A stretch of DNA of 64,000 nucleotides from the NCBI RefSeq assembly GCF_036321535.1, contig NC_087436.1, positions 92,566,001 through 92,630,000 on the forward strand. The letters run 5' to 3'. The notes under the pieces are model-generated. The model was not told the origin of the DNA. It searched no databases and saw only the letters and a list, made by a program, of their open reading frames with translations. The translations under genes and the position numbers were made by a program. The stretch is from Camelus dromedarius. Taxonomy: Eukaryota. This document shows positions 39,583 through 53,110 of the stretch, piece after piece (positions within the stretch are counted from its first letter, which is position 1; each line of letters begins with the position of its first letter).

Positions 39583-39719
39583 ACTACGACTCTGTATGGT
39601 TACTTTATGCCAAGGCAGATCGCACTTTTATAAAAGCTACCAGGCATTAAGAAAGCTTACTAAAATAGGTTACATATTTATTCTCCCACACATTTTCTGT
39701 GAATCTTTTATTCAAGTAC

Positions 39720-40320
39720 AGAGGTTAAAAGTAGAGATTCAAATACCATGTAAAAATTTAATAAAACCACCCTGCATTTCTACTCCTAGGAATTTACTGA
39801 AGAGAAATAAAGACATACACAGAATGTATGTCTACATGAATGCTCNNNNNNNNNNNNNNNNNNNNNNNNNNNNNNNNNNNNNNNNNNNNNNNNNNNNNNN
39901 NNNNNNNNNNNNNNNNNNNNNNNNNNNNNNNNNNNNNNNNNNNNNNNNNNNNNNNNNNNNNNNNNNNNNNNNNNNNNNNNNCAACATAGATTACCCTTGA
40001 AAACATTATGGTAAATTAAACAAGCCAGATGGAAAAGATGACATTCTGTATGATTCTATCTATACAAAATGTCCAGAAAAGGCAAATTTGTAGAGACTAA
40101 AAGCATACCTGTGGTTGCTTAGGGCTGGAGAGGGGAGTGGAGACTGATGTCAATGTGCACAAAGGAACTTTGTAAGGTGAAAGAGGAGTTCTAGACCTGG
40201 ATTGTGATGGCTGTAGAACTTAGACATTTACTGAAAAGCAGTGGATTGTACACTTAACAATGGGTGAATTTTATGGTATGCAAAGTTAACTTTAGTAAAG
40301 CTGGAAAATATTAAAGGAAA
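39720..40320 (+). mobile_element. L1MB/ME-type ORF2 end and 3' UTR (spans an N-gap)
   Basis: tttctactcctaggaatttac...ccttgaaaacattatg...ttctgtatgattctatctatacaaaatgtccagaaaaggcaaat. Confidence 0.75.
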
Positions 40321-41779
40321 AAAGCCATAGGAGAAATTGAAAAAAAATGGTAAGAAAATAAAATAAACTTCTAATATTTCCTGTAATTAGGCAGGAAACC
40401 CATCTGTAGCCTGCAAATGGGAAAATCCTATCCCCATCCCAAGTGAGTCTTTCTTTCTGCACTGTGTGGGGTAGAGGGAGGGAGAGAATTTTGCAGCTCA
40501 GAGGCCTTGTACACCGTTTCTCACCCACTGACTGATTCCTGGTGAAGTCCAGCAAGTGATAAAGCCCTGGAGCAGTCACCCTGGGAGGGCCCTCAAGGGC
40601 CATCTTGTGCAAACCTCTCATTTAATTGAAGCTGGAGTGGAGGCTCAGAGACCTTTATATAACCGACTCACTCAAGACACCACAGACAGTGAATGGCCAG
40701 GTCGGATTCTGTCCCAGATGCCGATTCCTAATCCAGTGCTCTCCACTGGGCTCTCTCCAAACCTCTTAGCCTCTCTTAGCCCCAGTTAGCTCACCTGCAA
40801 ATGGGGACAGTAATATCTGCCCCTGCCTGTTTCGCAGGGCTGTGTGAAGAGCAAATGAGGTCAGTGATTTAAAATAGATGCTTTCCCAAAGCAGAATGCT
40901 CTCTACTACAGCAAAGTGCTGTTGTAGTGGTATTAGCAGGTCAACTGTGGGTCGCTCCACTCAGAGTCCAGACCAGTGGTATACAAGGGTACACTTCGAG
41001 GAAATGTCTGTCCTGATGTGAACATCAATCCCGGTTAAGGCCACTCCCCGGTATCACGAGGGGTGGGCGTGGGGCAGTTTAGCCATCATTTCTTTAAATT
41101 TCCAGAACATTCTCTCATTCCAGAACACCATTGTCTTTCTGTTGTCCATCCATGACACTTTAATGAATCAGATGACAACAAAATTTAGTCTGTGTGCATT
41201 CAACTATGACTCCTCAAGTAACAAAGATGAAAATGAAGGCTTGGTTTAGGTCTCTAAAACCTAAAACTTATTTATTTTACCCTTGTCTTTTGAAAATTTA
41301 TCCATTCCTGTTTGGACTCCATAAAGGACTCTCTGCATCTAATAACACCTGGAAATCCCCAAGACTGTAAACTAAGCGTATTTTGGAGCATATGAACCTC
41401 TGCTAAAGGAGCCCCTCATCCAACCGCCTTCCCTGAGCCTCTTACCGCCCACACAGGGGCCGATCTCACTAGGAACCCTCAGCGAAATGAGAGCCCAGCA
41501 AACCAGTCATTGCTGCCGGCCGAGGGAAAACACCAGGTGCAGAGCCCAGCACAGAATGTGATCTGGGAAAACACTTATAAATCAGTCAGGTCCCAGGGAG
41601 TGAAAGTCCAAGTTAGCAAAAAATAACAACAAAGTGGACATGAAATGTTACATCAGACCAACCTAACAGCAAGCTGATTACTGTGGCCTCTATGAAAACC
41701 CAGGGCGAAGACTGAATGATAAGCCAGGGGGAAGCCTAAGATGCGTTCTCACCTCCCGCGTCCGGTTACTTTTTATGTA

Positions 41780-42570
41780 TTCGGAGGACTGGCCCCTTAA
41801 CTGTGATATACGTTGCAAATGTTTTCTCCCCATTGTCTTAGGACTTTGTCATGATTTTTTTTATTGCCCATACAAATATATTTTATTTTTAGGTAATTCA
41901 AATTATTAGTCTTTTCTTTTGCTACCCCTGGATTTTGAGTTGTATTTAGAAAGCATCTCCTCACACTTACGTTATAGAGAAAGTCACCCATCTTTTCTTT
42001 TAATACTGGTAGGTTTCATTCTTGATCCATCTGGAGTTTATTCTTGTATGTGGCTATCCTGTGGTCCCCCCAACATTCATCAAAAAGCCCAAGATGCCAT
42101 CTTTATCATGCACTAAATTTCCACATGTGTTTGAGTCTGTTTCTTGACTTTCTATGCTGCTCCATTAGTATGATGGTCTATCTGAGTGCCAATATCACAC
42201 TGTTCTACAGAGGCTTTATTGTACATTATATTATCTGGTAGATAACTCTTTTCCCCCAGTGTTTTCTCAACTATTCTTGCATGTCTTTTTTTTTTTCTGT
42301 ATAAACTTTAGTATCAATTTGCCCAGTTCCAAGAAAAAAGCTTACTAGTATTGGGAATCACATTAACTTAACAAGAAATGAAATCTGTGATCCTTTTGAT
42401 ACTGAGCCATCCTATCCAAGAACAGAGGTTTCTTTCCATCTGTCCAAGTTTGTCTTTTATGTACTTTTAGGTCTTTCTGGAGTGTTTTAAAGGTTTTTTT
42501 CCCATATAAAATCTGCACTTTTATTTTTTAAGTTTAATCCTAAGTATTGTATCTTTTCTGTTGTTGCTCA
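41780..42570 (-). mobile_element. Old L1ME-type ORF2 fragment
   Basis: T-rich reverse-strand L1 text (aattcaaattattagtcttttc...gccaatatcacactg...tagtatcaatttgcccagttcc). Confidence 0.65.
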
Positions 42571-44639
42571 ATCTTATTACTTTTTGAAGCTAAGCTGATC
42601 CAGGCACTTGGTCTTGAGTTCCAAACAAGGAGTAACATACTCTTTCCCACCCACATTTTGTGTTCCCTTTCCCTAGTCTCTTTGTCATGACTTGAGGGTC
42701 TCTCTATCAACCATGTTGGGACAACAAGAAACAACAGTAGGTCCAGGGTTTACGACAAGATGACAAAAGACAGTGGTGAATAAGGTCTTCAGGTCTTAGC
42801 AGGAAAGAATTCACATCTGTCTAGGGGCAAAGATAAGAAGTTGCAGGACTCTCACATATTTAGAAATCTTAAATTGGATTTAACTGGTCTGCTTTTCTCA
42901 GTCAAGTAAACTCTATCAATCTTTGCGATGTCTTAGACAATCTTCTAAATCCTCCTTCCTCTTCTTGGTCTGATATAGTACAGTATACTTATGAGTAATA
43001 GTATTGAGTTGATAAATCTCTTCTATAAATTCTCCTTTCTTAATATTTTCCTAATACTTTCATAATCCAAACTCCATGTGGCCCCAGGAATCTCTGACAG
43101 ATCGTTGTCTCCAAGGCTATCTGTAACAGCAGGTTAGAACCAGGTCCATGAATCGTGGTTCACATCTCAGGCTGTACATTTCTGTCAGATTTCAGACTCC
43201 GGGGTCTCTAGCTGTTTTCTCAGTTGGCACATGGTCCCACTGAGACCAAGAGCAATGCTGGGATTTCACTCCCGGCCAGTGCCTCTCTTCCAAAGGTACT
43301 TTAATCCCTTAGACCCAAAGAGGACTAAGTGAGAAATCTAGACGGGTCACAGGAAATGCAACGTTGAAAAAGCAATTGGAGACTCTAAGCCTTTGGCAGG
43401 AATGAGAAGAAAGACCCCGCTGGGCCCTTCGCCTGCAACACCTCTTTCTCCCTTAGTTACACTGTTGAACTCCTAAACACCCTTCAAGGTCAAGCTTAAC
43501 CGTCACCTTTGGTCCATAATTTTTCATGACACCCCTTCACCTCTCAGAGATGTTATGACTCCCTCCCCTGTTTCCTCAATAAATTTTAAGCATGTTCCTA
43601 TTATCATTTTTATCACATTTTATTACAGTTCTCTCATTATTTATTTGTATCTCTGTCTACCAACTAGGCTTCAGATTCCTGGAGGGCAGAAGTGTGTTTC
43701 CTTCATCTCCATATCCTCAAGATGTAGCAATTTAATTGAACTAAACTGACCAGAGGAAAAGATTCGAACTTTTTCTTTTATGTTCACTGGGATCTAACAG
43801 TCATAACCCCAGCAGGAAGTAGTGTTGTGAGTAGTACCCCCTTCTCATCCACACCATGGACCCAAGACAAAGCTCTGTGATGAAAGTGTGCAACGTGCTC
43901 CAAATCTGTCTCTCTTTAAGCCCACGGGTGAATGCTTAGTTGGTAAAAATGTGAATTGTTATGAGGATTATATAAGATAATAGATCTAAGACACTTATTA
44001 GTGAAACATTAAAATATTAGTCAAATATTAGTAACTTTATACTACACATTGATGAGAAAAATCAGACAACAAAGGGCAGAGCTACCAAGTCAAAGAAATT
44101 CTCATAAATTGCTATGTTACCCAACAATAGTGCCCCCCACTTTTTTCTACCACTACATATAAGATGGGTGATATCACATGCAGGACATAGTCCCAGGGTC
44201 ATTGCTGTGGACTGGCATGTAGCTAAGGACACATGCAGATTACAGTCAACGTCAGGTGCATTTGCTGGAACTCTGTCTCCTTTCCCTGTGTCTGAAGAAA
44301 GCATACTGGAACGTCTGTGAATAAAAATGGCATAGTGATGAAAATAACGTGTCTACTCTCATTAATTTACTTTTAATGTGCAAAATCAGTTCTTCATTAT
44401 TACTAACACATTACTTCAGCACACTTCCATTTTGACACACTAGAATTCTATGAAACCCAGTTGCTAAGGTCCATTATTACAGATCCCGAGGGCTTAAGGC
44501 TGACCACTGTCACAACGCGAGGTGTTTGCAAACTCTTCTTCATAATAACTATGAAAAGTGGGCTCTGTCCAATGTGCCATCAGAATATTCTCATGGATAG
44601 TCATGACACAGAATGTATCTGCACTGTCCCCTAAGACGT

Positions 44640-45050
44640 TTCAAAGCTCAGGGTCCTGGCAGGAAAGAGATTGCAAATTCAAAAGGGGAGATTAAAGAGA
44701 GTCTGATGAACGCACTGTTTACAAGGCTCGGGCAGGTTTAAGGGAAACCAACAAGGGACAATAATGCACCCGGGGGCTGGTACCAACGGGAGGTTGATAC
44801 CACCTGCATCTTGAAGGAGTGAGCAAGGCATCAGCCACTAGGACCCAGGGAGAGCTGTAGCTGTCGGAAATGGCTGCCTGTGAGATGCAGCCGCCGACGA
44901 GCTCTGCCTGGCAGGCAGTGAGCCAGGGGAGTAAGTACTTCAACGTTTGTCCCTTTTCTTGCCTCTGACTCCCACTGGCCAAACCCAGGGGAATTCAGAG
45001 GGCATGGACCATAGATGCAGTCCTTAAAGGTAGTCCTCTCAGCTAGGGAG
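44640..45050. mobile_element. Ancient MaLR/ERVL-type LTR remnant
   Basis: cagggtcctggcaggaaag...tttaagggaaaccaacaaggga...cccactggccaaacccag...cagagggcatgg. Confidence 0.45.
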
Positions 45051-46302
45051 GGGGTGAGGGATGCAAACTGTATCTGGAGAGACAAATGGGAAACAATTTG
45101 GCATGGAAGCCAACTAGCTTTTTCTTCTTGATTCTGCACTGTGATTTTGAGCCTGTTTTTCAGATGTACTGAACAAGATTTGAGTCCTTTTCTTCTTGGT
45201 CTAAAGGAGAAAGGCTCTTTTATTTTTTAATGAAGCAAAACTAGAAACAACTCGACTCACAAATGTGTAGCTAAACCCAGGAAATACACGACCTCCTCTT
45301 AAATCTAAAAAAAAAAGAAATCTCAGACATGCCTTTCCTGGGCCGTTTTAATTAACTTTGTCAGAAAAATCTTAAACGTCTCATTTTCTTTATCTCCGTT
45401 TTCAGATTATTTGTTGAGAAGAATGTAAAGAGAAAACTTGACAGACTTTACACTGAAGGGGAGGGAAAAAAACCTGAAAAAGAACAGAATTACAAGGGGA
45501 TCTTTCCCCTCCTCTTCCTCTTTAACTCTTGTCTTACTTACTTGATGGGATTTTGACAGTTGATAGAACTAAAAGTCCCACGTGTTTGCTTTGATGACAC
45601 ACCTGCTTCAGCGGGAACCCTCCTCAAAAAACAAAACAAAAAATGAGCAGAGGTCAGGCTGACCCTCCCTGCTGGGCAGGTGGAGGCTCCCCTCTCAGTT
45701 CAAGGTGTCTCAGCTGAAAGTTCTGAGAGGACACCAAACATTTACTCTTTTTAATATTTACATCTTTATTTATTGTTTAAATGATAATATATATGTTAAT
45801 TACATATAATTTGGAAACTACAAAAATACATAAAGAAGAAAATTGAAGCCTTACCTAACGGGGGTGACTCCTGTTAACATTTTCTTAGACTGCCTTTCAC
45901 ATTTTTTATACATAGATTTCCCAGATAGGCATTGCACACCATGCAGCTTTGCATCCACCTTTATTATAATGAACTTTATAGAACAATATTGCCCACATCA
46001 TAAAGTACATTTCAAAATAAGAAAATTTAAGGACTGAAAGGTTTTGTCGACACTGTGTTCACACACATGGTCCCACAGCCCCAGGCTGGGTTTTTGTTTT
46101 CTAGGGGCTTTTTCATGTTGCATCCATGTCTGCATTTACTTCTTGTTTCCCTCTCAAGTGAATCATGGCGAATGTACAGGGGTTTTTTGTTAATAATGTG
46201 GTAGGATTTGCTAAAAAAGAAAAAAACAACAACAACAAACCCTTTCGAGTTTGCCCTAGAATAAATGAAACTTATTTCAAAAAGAATTTATATATGGATG
46301 GT

Positions 46303-46878
46303 GTTTTAGTTCATTTGGGCTGCTATAGAATAGAAGGCCACAGACTGGATGGCTGAAACAACAAGCAGGTATTGCTCACGGATCTGGAAGCTGGGAGTCC
46401 AAGGTCAAGGATATAGGTTCACACACTGTCGGGAAGTTCTGTCCGTAGGAAAACTCTCATAAGCCAAAATGGCACACGTCAAAGAAGCAATCACCTTTAT
46501 TCATATTTTTCAGAAAAGTGAAAATTCTCTCAGGAGCTCTTTTAGTTAGCAAAAGTAGGTGCTAATGTAGGTCTTTCATAAAAGTGAAGTGGTATAAAGT
46601 GAACTTCTGAAAAGCAGGGGGTACCTATACTGGTATGGATGGGTTTTGGTCTAAGCCTTCTTCGCGGTTTACAGATTGCTGTCTTCTTCTTGTAACCTCA
46701 TATGGTGGCGAGAGCAGCAGCTAACCCTCTTCCTCTCCTTGTAAGGGCACTAATACCACAGAGGCTCGATCTCATGACCTAATTACCTCCCAAGCCCCCT
46801 CCCCCCAAAACCATCCTACTGGGGGCTAGGGCTTCAGCACGTGAATGGAGGGGGGAAGAAAACATGTACTTCATAACA
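46303..46878 (-). mobile_element. MLT1A-like LTR split by a MITE
   Basis: ttagttcatttgggctgctatag...ctggaagctgggagtccaaggtcaagg | ...catgacctaattacctcccaag...gggcttcagcacgtgaat. Confidence 0.75.
46414..46627. mobile_element. MER82-like Tigger MITE (internally deleted)
   Basis: TA flanks at 46412-46413 and 46628-46629; taggtt.../...ggggtaccta termini; cataagccaaaatggc and taatgtaggtctttcataaaagtgaagtgg. Confidence 0.7.
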
Positions 46879-46879
46879 G

Positions 46880-47400
46880 ATGGTTATACCCCAACGTACT
46901 TAACCACTTTCCTATTCTTGAATATTTAGGTTTTTCCAGTTTTCCTCATTATGAATAAGACCATAGTCAACACCTTTATTCCTAATTTTTAAGAAATCTA
47001 TGATAAATTTCTTAGAACAAATTTCTTTCAGCAGAGTTGCAAAGTTAAAAGTTTCACTTTAGATCTCACCAAACTGCAATCCAAAAAAGATTGTACTAAT
47101 TTACATTCCCAACCACAGAGTACAAGAGTGCCCGTTTTTCACAGAACCTGGCTGACAGTGAATACTGGAATTTATGTTTATCTCCATCAATGGCTTTTTT
47201 GGTTGTTTTAACTGACATTTTTTTGTTCAGTAAGGTTGAACTTTTTTTTTTCACACGCTGTAGGCCATTTAACTCCCTTCTTTGTGAATTGTCTGTTCCT
47301 GCAGTTTGGCAGCAGAACTTTCTTCCAATTTTTGTTCCTCTCCAGAGGATCACAAAACTTTGTACAACTTTATTCCAATTCATTGAGTGTTTTCAGATGG
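46880..47400 (-). mobile_element. Old L1ME-type fragment (further piece at about 45770-46020)
   Basis: ttgtactaatttacattcccaaccacagagtacaagagtgcccgttttt. Confidence 0.65.
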
Positions 47401-50400
47401 TTGGTTGCCTTTAACAGAGTGAGTTGATTCCAAATATGTCATTTCAGTTTGGTTTTGACAGAGAAACGCTATATGTTCCATCAAACGCTCCCAGACTGTT
47501 TTCCAAAACTATAACTAAAGTTATCTTAATTGTCTCTCTGAATATATTAAAATACACAGTAGCCTACAGTCTTCAGTTCATAAATCTAAAGCTCTTGGAA
47601 ACACGTTTCTTTTGTGGGCCTCTCTAGGCCTAATTAGGACTATACGATCCTTTTTAGGTGCTGGAAAAGAGTGAGAAAAAGCAGTTTGGTCAAGCATTGG
47701 TCTTCAACTTGACACAAATCCCCAAAATGTTACTACAAATGTGCTCTTAAAAGCCTGGCTTCTCCCCTACCATTTCTCTGGTAGGCGGTGGTGAGATTGC
47801 CTCTATGCTGGGCACACCTGTCAGTGGCTACTAGGAGTTAGTGATCCCAAAGGAGGGACTGAGAAAACCCATGGGAGTTGAGTGCATAGAATCACCTTCC
47901 ATTGCAAGGTGACCAGGCGCAGCAAGCAGCATTTGCTCGGAGCTTTCTGTTTCACACAGCACTTTCTCATACACAGTCTCATGTGCTACTCTCCACCCCC
48001 ATGGGATGTCTGATACCATCATCCTCATTTTGCAGGGATAAATGACTTGCCCAGGGTCACACAGCTAGTAAGTGGTGGTCTGTGCTCAAACTCCTGGCTT
48101 CTGTCTGTGGACATGATTCCAACTATAAACTCCTCCCACACGGCTACTTTGTCTACTGACAATGCAATAGAAATGTAACAGGATCACGTAACAAGAATAA
48201 AGAGTAACACACACGCACCCCCCAGGTACAACCGTGGTCACTGCCTTACTTCAGTCTTACTGTGGATTGAAGAGAAGAAATAAGAGAGATTTGTGTCATC
48301 TTTTCAATGAGCAGTTGCCTTCTTGGTCTTTGCATATGCCTCTCACTGTATGACTATCCTGAGTCATCACACACCCTGTGTCCTAGTGAGACCTCCTTGA
48401 CGTTACTCTCAATCCAGCTTGAACTTTTACAGTGTTACGGTCACTTTTGACTCTTCAAAAATGCTGTAGGATTTGCTAAGGCCACAGCATCCCGTAGACA
48501 GCTGGATGAGAAAATGGGGTGATCACATAGCAGTGAAATGTCCCACCTCTCCTGGAAGTGTCTACTATCCCTCCCCATTGGCACCGCATTTGTCAAATTC
48601 AAGGAATTTCTGAGGTAAAAAACAATTGCAAGAGGATATTTGTGCTGGACTTTGGGCCAGTGGTGTCTCCAGTGTTGGATTTGGGAATTACTTCCCACAA
48701 CTTAACCATTTTCACTGCGGACTTGGGTGCTTCATGGTGAATAAAGATGAGTGACTTTATTTTTAACATATGTGTATGTGCTTATATGGGTTTCCTAAGC
48801 ATGGCTGAGCGTCCTGGGAGACAAGGAATTTTGACTCTTAATCCCTGTCCTCATTACTGGGAAGATGCAAAGCAGTAGATTGTTCTCAGCCCTACTGAGA
48901 CCAGACTATTGGAAGACACCATGCAGTTTCTAGTCAGAAAGCCTCACTCAGAATTCAGAGTCCCCATCAAAGCCTAAGTGACCAGAGGCCTCTGAATAAG
49001 CTGATCCTGAAATCCACCACAGCCCCTAGGAATGGGCATTCGCCCCGGGGTATTGGTGGGTGTGTAATTGAAGGAGTGGTAATACTTTGGGGTCCAGGAA
49101 GCTCTCCTCTGGTGACCACTTGGCTGAGCATAATAAATGTGAGTCTTGTTACTACCACTTTCAGTGGGACTGCTGAACTACCTCAGTGCCGTGATGATCC
49201 AGGGCACACAGCTCGCCCTCTAGGAGAGAGGAGATGGAAATTTGGGCAGCTCTGTTGTGGCTGTGGGACCATGTGATTCCGTCTTGTTCCTCTTCCTGTG
49301 CTTTCTGCCCCAGTGAATGGCATCACCATCCCTCTAGAAGAGCCTCCAAAATGATGGAAGCATGGAGGTTAGGACTGAGATGGTTGTGTTTCCCGGCTCC
49401 CACTTCTGTGCTACGTCCGTGCCATCCCACCATCTCCCACTAATTCGTAAAGTTTTTATCAGCCCTGAGCAAAATATTTGCAAAATGGAGTCTGCAGAAT
49501 TTGGCTCTCTCAAGTTCCATGATTCTGAAAAAAGAAAAATATCTTTACTTAAGAAAGGCATTTCTCCCCATCAAACAGCAAGATCTGCCTATTAACTCAC
49601 GCCTCCCCATCTTTAAATCCACAGCAGAGGAGTTAGGTCCCAGCATGTAGAAACATGCGCATAAAACTCAGACCACATTAATAGGACATTAAAGGTAAGA
49701 CAGAGAGAAAAGACATTCTCTTACCTACAGGAATCCAACACACCAGCAAAATGCCTTCAAAGAATCATGCAACGCAAATGCCATCCCATCAAAGCTGGCT
49801 GTTTTCAAGTTTTCAGTCACATGATGAAGGTCAAGTACTATCTGGGGATATGCTGGATATTTTATTTGGAAGTCCTAGAGTTATTCAGTTACCTTTGTAC
49901 CTATTTTCCATTCTTCCTTACATTTAAAGATAAAATAACCTTTATAAGCAAACGTAAAAGTTTTCAAATTTAAAAATGCCTCTTCAGACATTCAAAAGCA
50001 ACCAAAGCATTTATGGTAATAAAAAATTACATGAAATGGACAGTTACTATCTTTAAGCTTCCATTCCTCCACTGACATTGGTGGTTTCAAACTCTCGCAA
50101 TCCAAAGATAATGTTCAAAGAATTATGAAATTTAGATTTACATTCACACCACATTTTTATTAGCAACAGGTGAGACTGGTTATGTTGGAGGTTCATACAT
50201 CTGTCTTTACTGAGTCACAGAGATTACAGTAGACTTTTCAATTAGGTACCTAAATTAATCCCACTCCTCCCCCTGCCACTCCTTTCCCCTGAACTTTTTA
50301 AGTCCATTTGACTTAAGCTTCTGAGGCTTGCATGCCATTAAAATCTGATTAATACAGTATCTCTGAAAATGTGTTGACCAAGAAAATGGGAATATCATTT

Positions 50401-51397
50401 CCTGACTCTCAGGCAACTTTTATAACTAATCAATGTATATACCAACTTTATGATTAAATTTTCTCAAGTAATTCTAGTTATAAGGCTTCCTAAGTTTTTT
50501 TTTAAGAACTTACTCTGTACATTAATTTATCATGATTATACTCCTTAATCTGGATAAAATGTTTATGGGGAGAAAAGGGAGTGAAGGGGCCATCTTCATC
50601 CATTCCAAAAAGTGTGGTTACTTGATTTTGTGGGAACTGTCTCTCCTGTTACCTAGTTCCAATTTGTAAAAGTCAGTGCCTGTACTAAAACCAAAAACTT
50701 GCCCCTTCAATTTAGTTTCCATTCTACTAATCTGTAGTCAAAGAGTCCCATTTCCTGTATCCATTATCACTTTGCTTCATCCAATCAGGGGAAAAAAATA
50801 TATTTTAAATCTTCTGACATTATTTAGCAAAGAAAATATAGCACACCTCTGCATAGTTTTAAAAATTCTAAATAACCGTTATAAGTAATGCAACATTTCA
50901 ACTTAGTGACTCAGGCAACCTATAAACAACCACAATTAACTAATGAACATGTTTTAAAGATTCATTAGTTATATGAAGAACATACTTCCCCAAAAAATTG
51001 ATCTTACTTTTGGTGGATAGATTTCTAGGCCATCCCCCTATGACTCCTTTACTATAAGGAACATGACTAACACCTCTCAATCCTTCAGAGCCCCCGAAGC
51101 CAAGGTCCTGGGCCCCCTAAGTAGTTAAAACTCAGCTCCCATCATTAACCAGATGGGTGCTTTCACCATACTATCCTGTAAAATGGGTACATTGTTATCT
51201 ACCCTTTAGGAAATACATGAAATCATGGAAGTAGAGCACTAGATACAGGGCTTGGCACAGGACAGTGACAACTATGATGACAGTGATGACAAAGGCTTTC
51301 AAGTTCTCGGCAGCTCTGAACCTCAGGTAAAGGAGGGTCTAAGAAGTTTCTTGCTCCAAGTATGTGTTCACATTATATTTGAGAAAAATGCATGGGA

Positions 51398-51801
51398 CAT
51401 GGGTTAGTTTCCGAAAGTTGCAGTAACACGGTACTAGGTGGCTTAACAGCAATTTATTGTTTCAGAGTTCTGGAGACTGGAAGGCCAAAGTTAAGCTGTC
51501 AGCAGGGTTGGTCCTTCTGGGCTGTGAGGCTGTTTCACGCCTCTTTCTAGCTTCTGGTAGCCTCAGGGGTTCCATGGCTTGCAGACTTCCTGTGTCTTCA
51601 CACTGTCTTCCCTATATGCATGCCTGTCTCTCTGTTCAGATTTCCCCTTTTTATACTGACACTGGATTAGGGCCTGACCTAATGACCTCATTTTAACTGG
51701 ATCATTTGCAAAGACCTAATTTCCAAGTAAGGTCACATTCACAGGTAATGGGGGTTAGGAATTCAATGTCTTTTTTAAGGGACACAATTCAACTCATAAC
51801 A
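51398..51801 (-). mobile_element. MLT1B-like MaLR LTR
   Basis: gtggcttaacagcaatttattg...gcaaagacctaatttccaagtaaggtcacattcacagg...ggacacaattcaactcataaca. Confidence 0.8.
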
Positions 51802-52829
51802 GTGAATAAGTGAAAAAATTTCACTGAGCATCTCCCAGGAAATGTTGTGGCAGGCTTCACAAAGGAGTGGGACAGGAAATCTCAGCACCTCTAGATCCAC
51901 GAAGGAGAAATGGGGGCCCCGCGTCACCACTGCCATCGGCGGCGAGCAGCAGCTCTGGGAATCGTGCCTGCGTGGTGTGGGTAAACCCGGGAACTCTCTG
52001 TACTTCTCAAAGGTAAGGCAAATAGCCCACCGTTCTACCCAAACATTTTATCCAAATGCAAGCCTACCACTGCTTTTTTCTTCAGAGTTTCCCTTGTTTC
52101 AGATGGTGACATTGCCTCCCGTCCTGAGCTACGTAAGCACCTTAGGAAACTAATTATTCTTTCTGGCTGTTAGGGTCTCGAACGGATCATTGTACTATTC
52201 AAGTCTTAGAAACGGTTTTGCAACACCTGGGGTTTCATCAATTTCTCAAAACGCCTCGAAGTGAAATGAATTTTATATCCAGTTAAATGTTTAACACAAG
52301 CACAAGCCTCACAGCACTTTCAGAGGATGAGGTAATCATGAACTCTAACAAATGACATCAGGACGCCCCAGTTTTCCGGAAGTTAGGAATCTCGGTACTA
52401 AACAGCACGCCTGACCTCTGGAAGGAAAGTCCACTCCCCCCTGGTGACTAATTTACAACCAGGAGGTAATTTCTCCACCGGGAGCCTGTGGATCAACAAG
52501 GCTCGTTCTTGGTGTCCTCCCTGGGCTGCAGTGAACCAGGCAGGGGGATCTAGGTTCACCCTTCCCGCAGGCAGAACACCCCCCAGGTTCCAGCAGGGGG
52601 TCTGCAGAAAAGGGGATTCTTCTCTACAACGGCTCAACTACTCAGGATAATTCTTTGAATCTCCCAACATCACAACTAGCTAGTCTCAAGCCGTATTCTA
52701 AGTGAGACAAAAGTTCAGGTTTCTAATCATCTGGTGGATGAAGAAGCCATGAGTGGTCATTATCCAGCAATATTAAGGTGAGGAAAGGGTCCTTTGCTGG
52801 CTCACTTCTCTCCTCTGGCCCAGCTGGCC

Positions 52830-53110
52830 CCTTCTCATCCTTCAGGGTCAGCTGAAATGTCTTGCGGCAGAGGCACCTTCCGTGACCCTCCCCGTCTTCA
52901 TTGTGCCTTATCGCCTCACCCTCGTTGCTTCCTTCATAGTCCTACTGCCTGTCTACAATGATTTGGTTTACTTGGTCGAGCCTCTCCATAAAATACAAGC
53001 TTCAGAAGACCAAGAGCCTGCCCACCCTCATCCCTGCCTTGGCCCCTGTGTCTGATACCGTGCCTGGCACAGGGCAGATGTTCAGTAAATACGTGGTCAA
53101 TGATTGATGT
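52830..53110 (+). mobile_element. L2 3' end
   Basis: ccttcagggtcagctgaaatgtc...accgtgcctggcacagggcagatgttcagtaaatacg. Confidence 0.7.

Noticed and set aside
49210-49226. CTCF-like CTCCTAGAGGGCGA on the minus strand
   Set aside because: Mismatches at core positions 2, 3 and 14; too weak without a PWM score or ChIP data.
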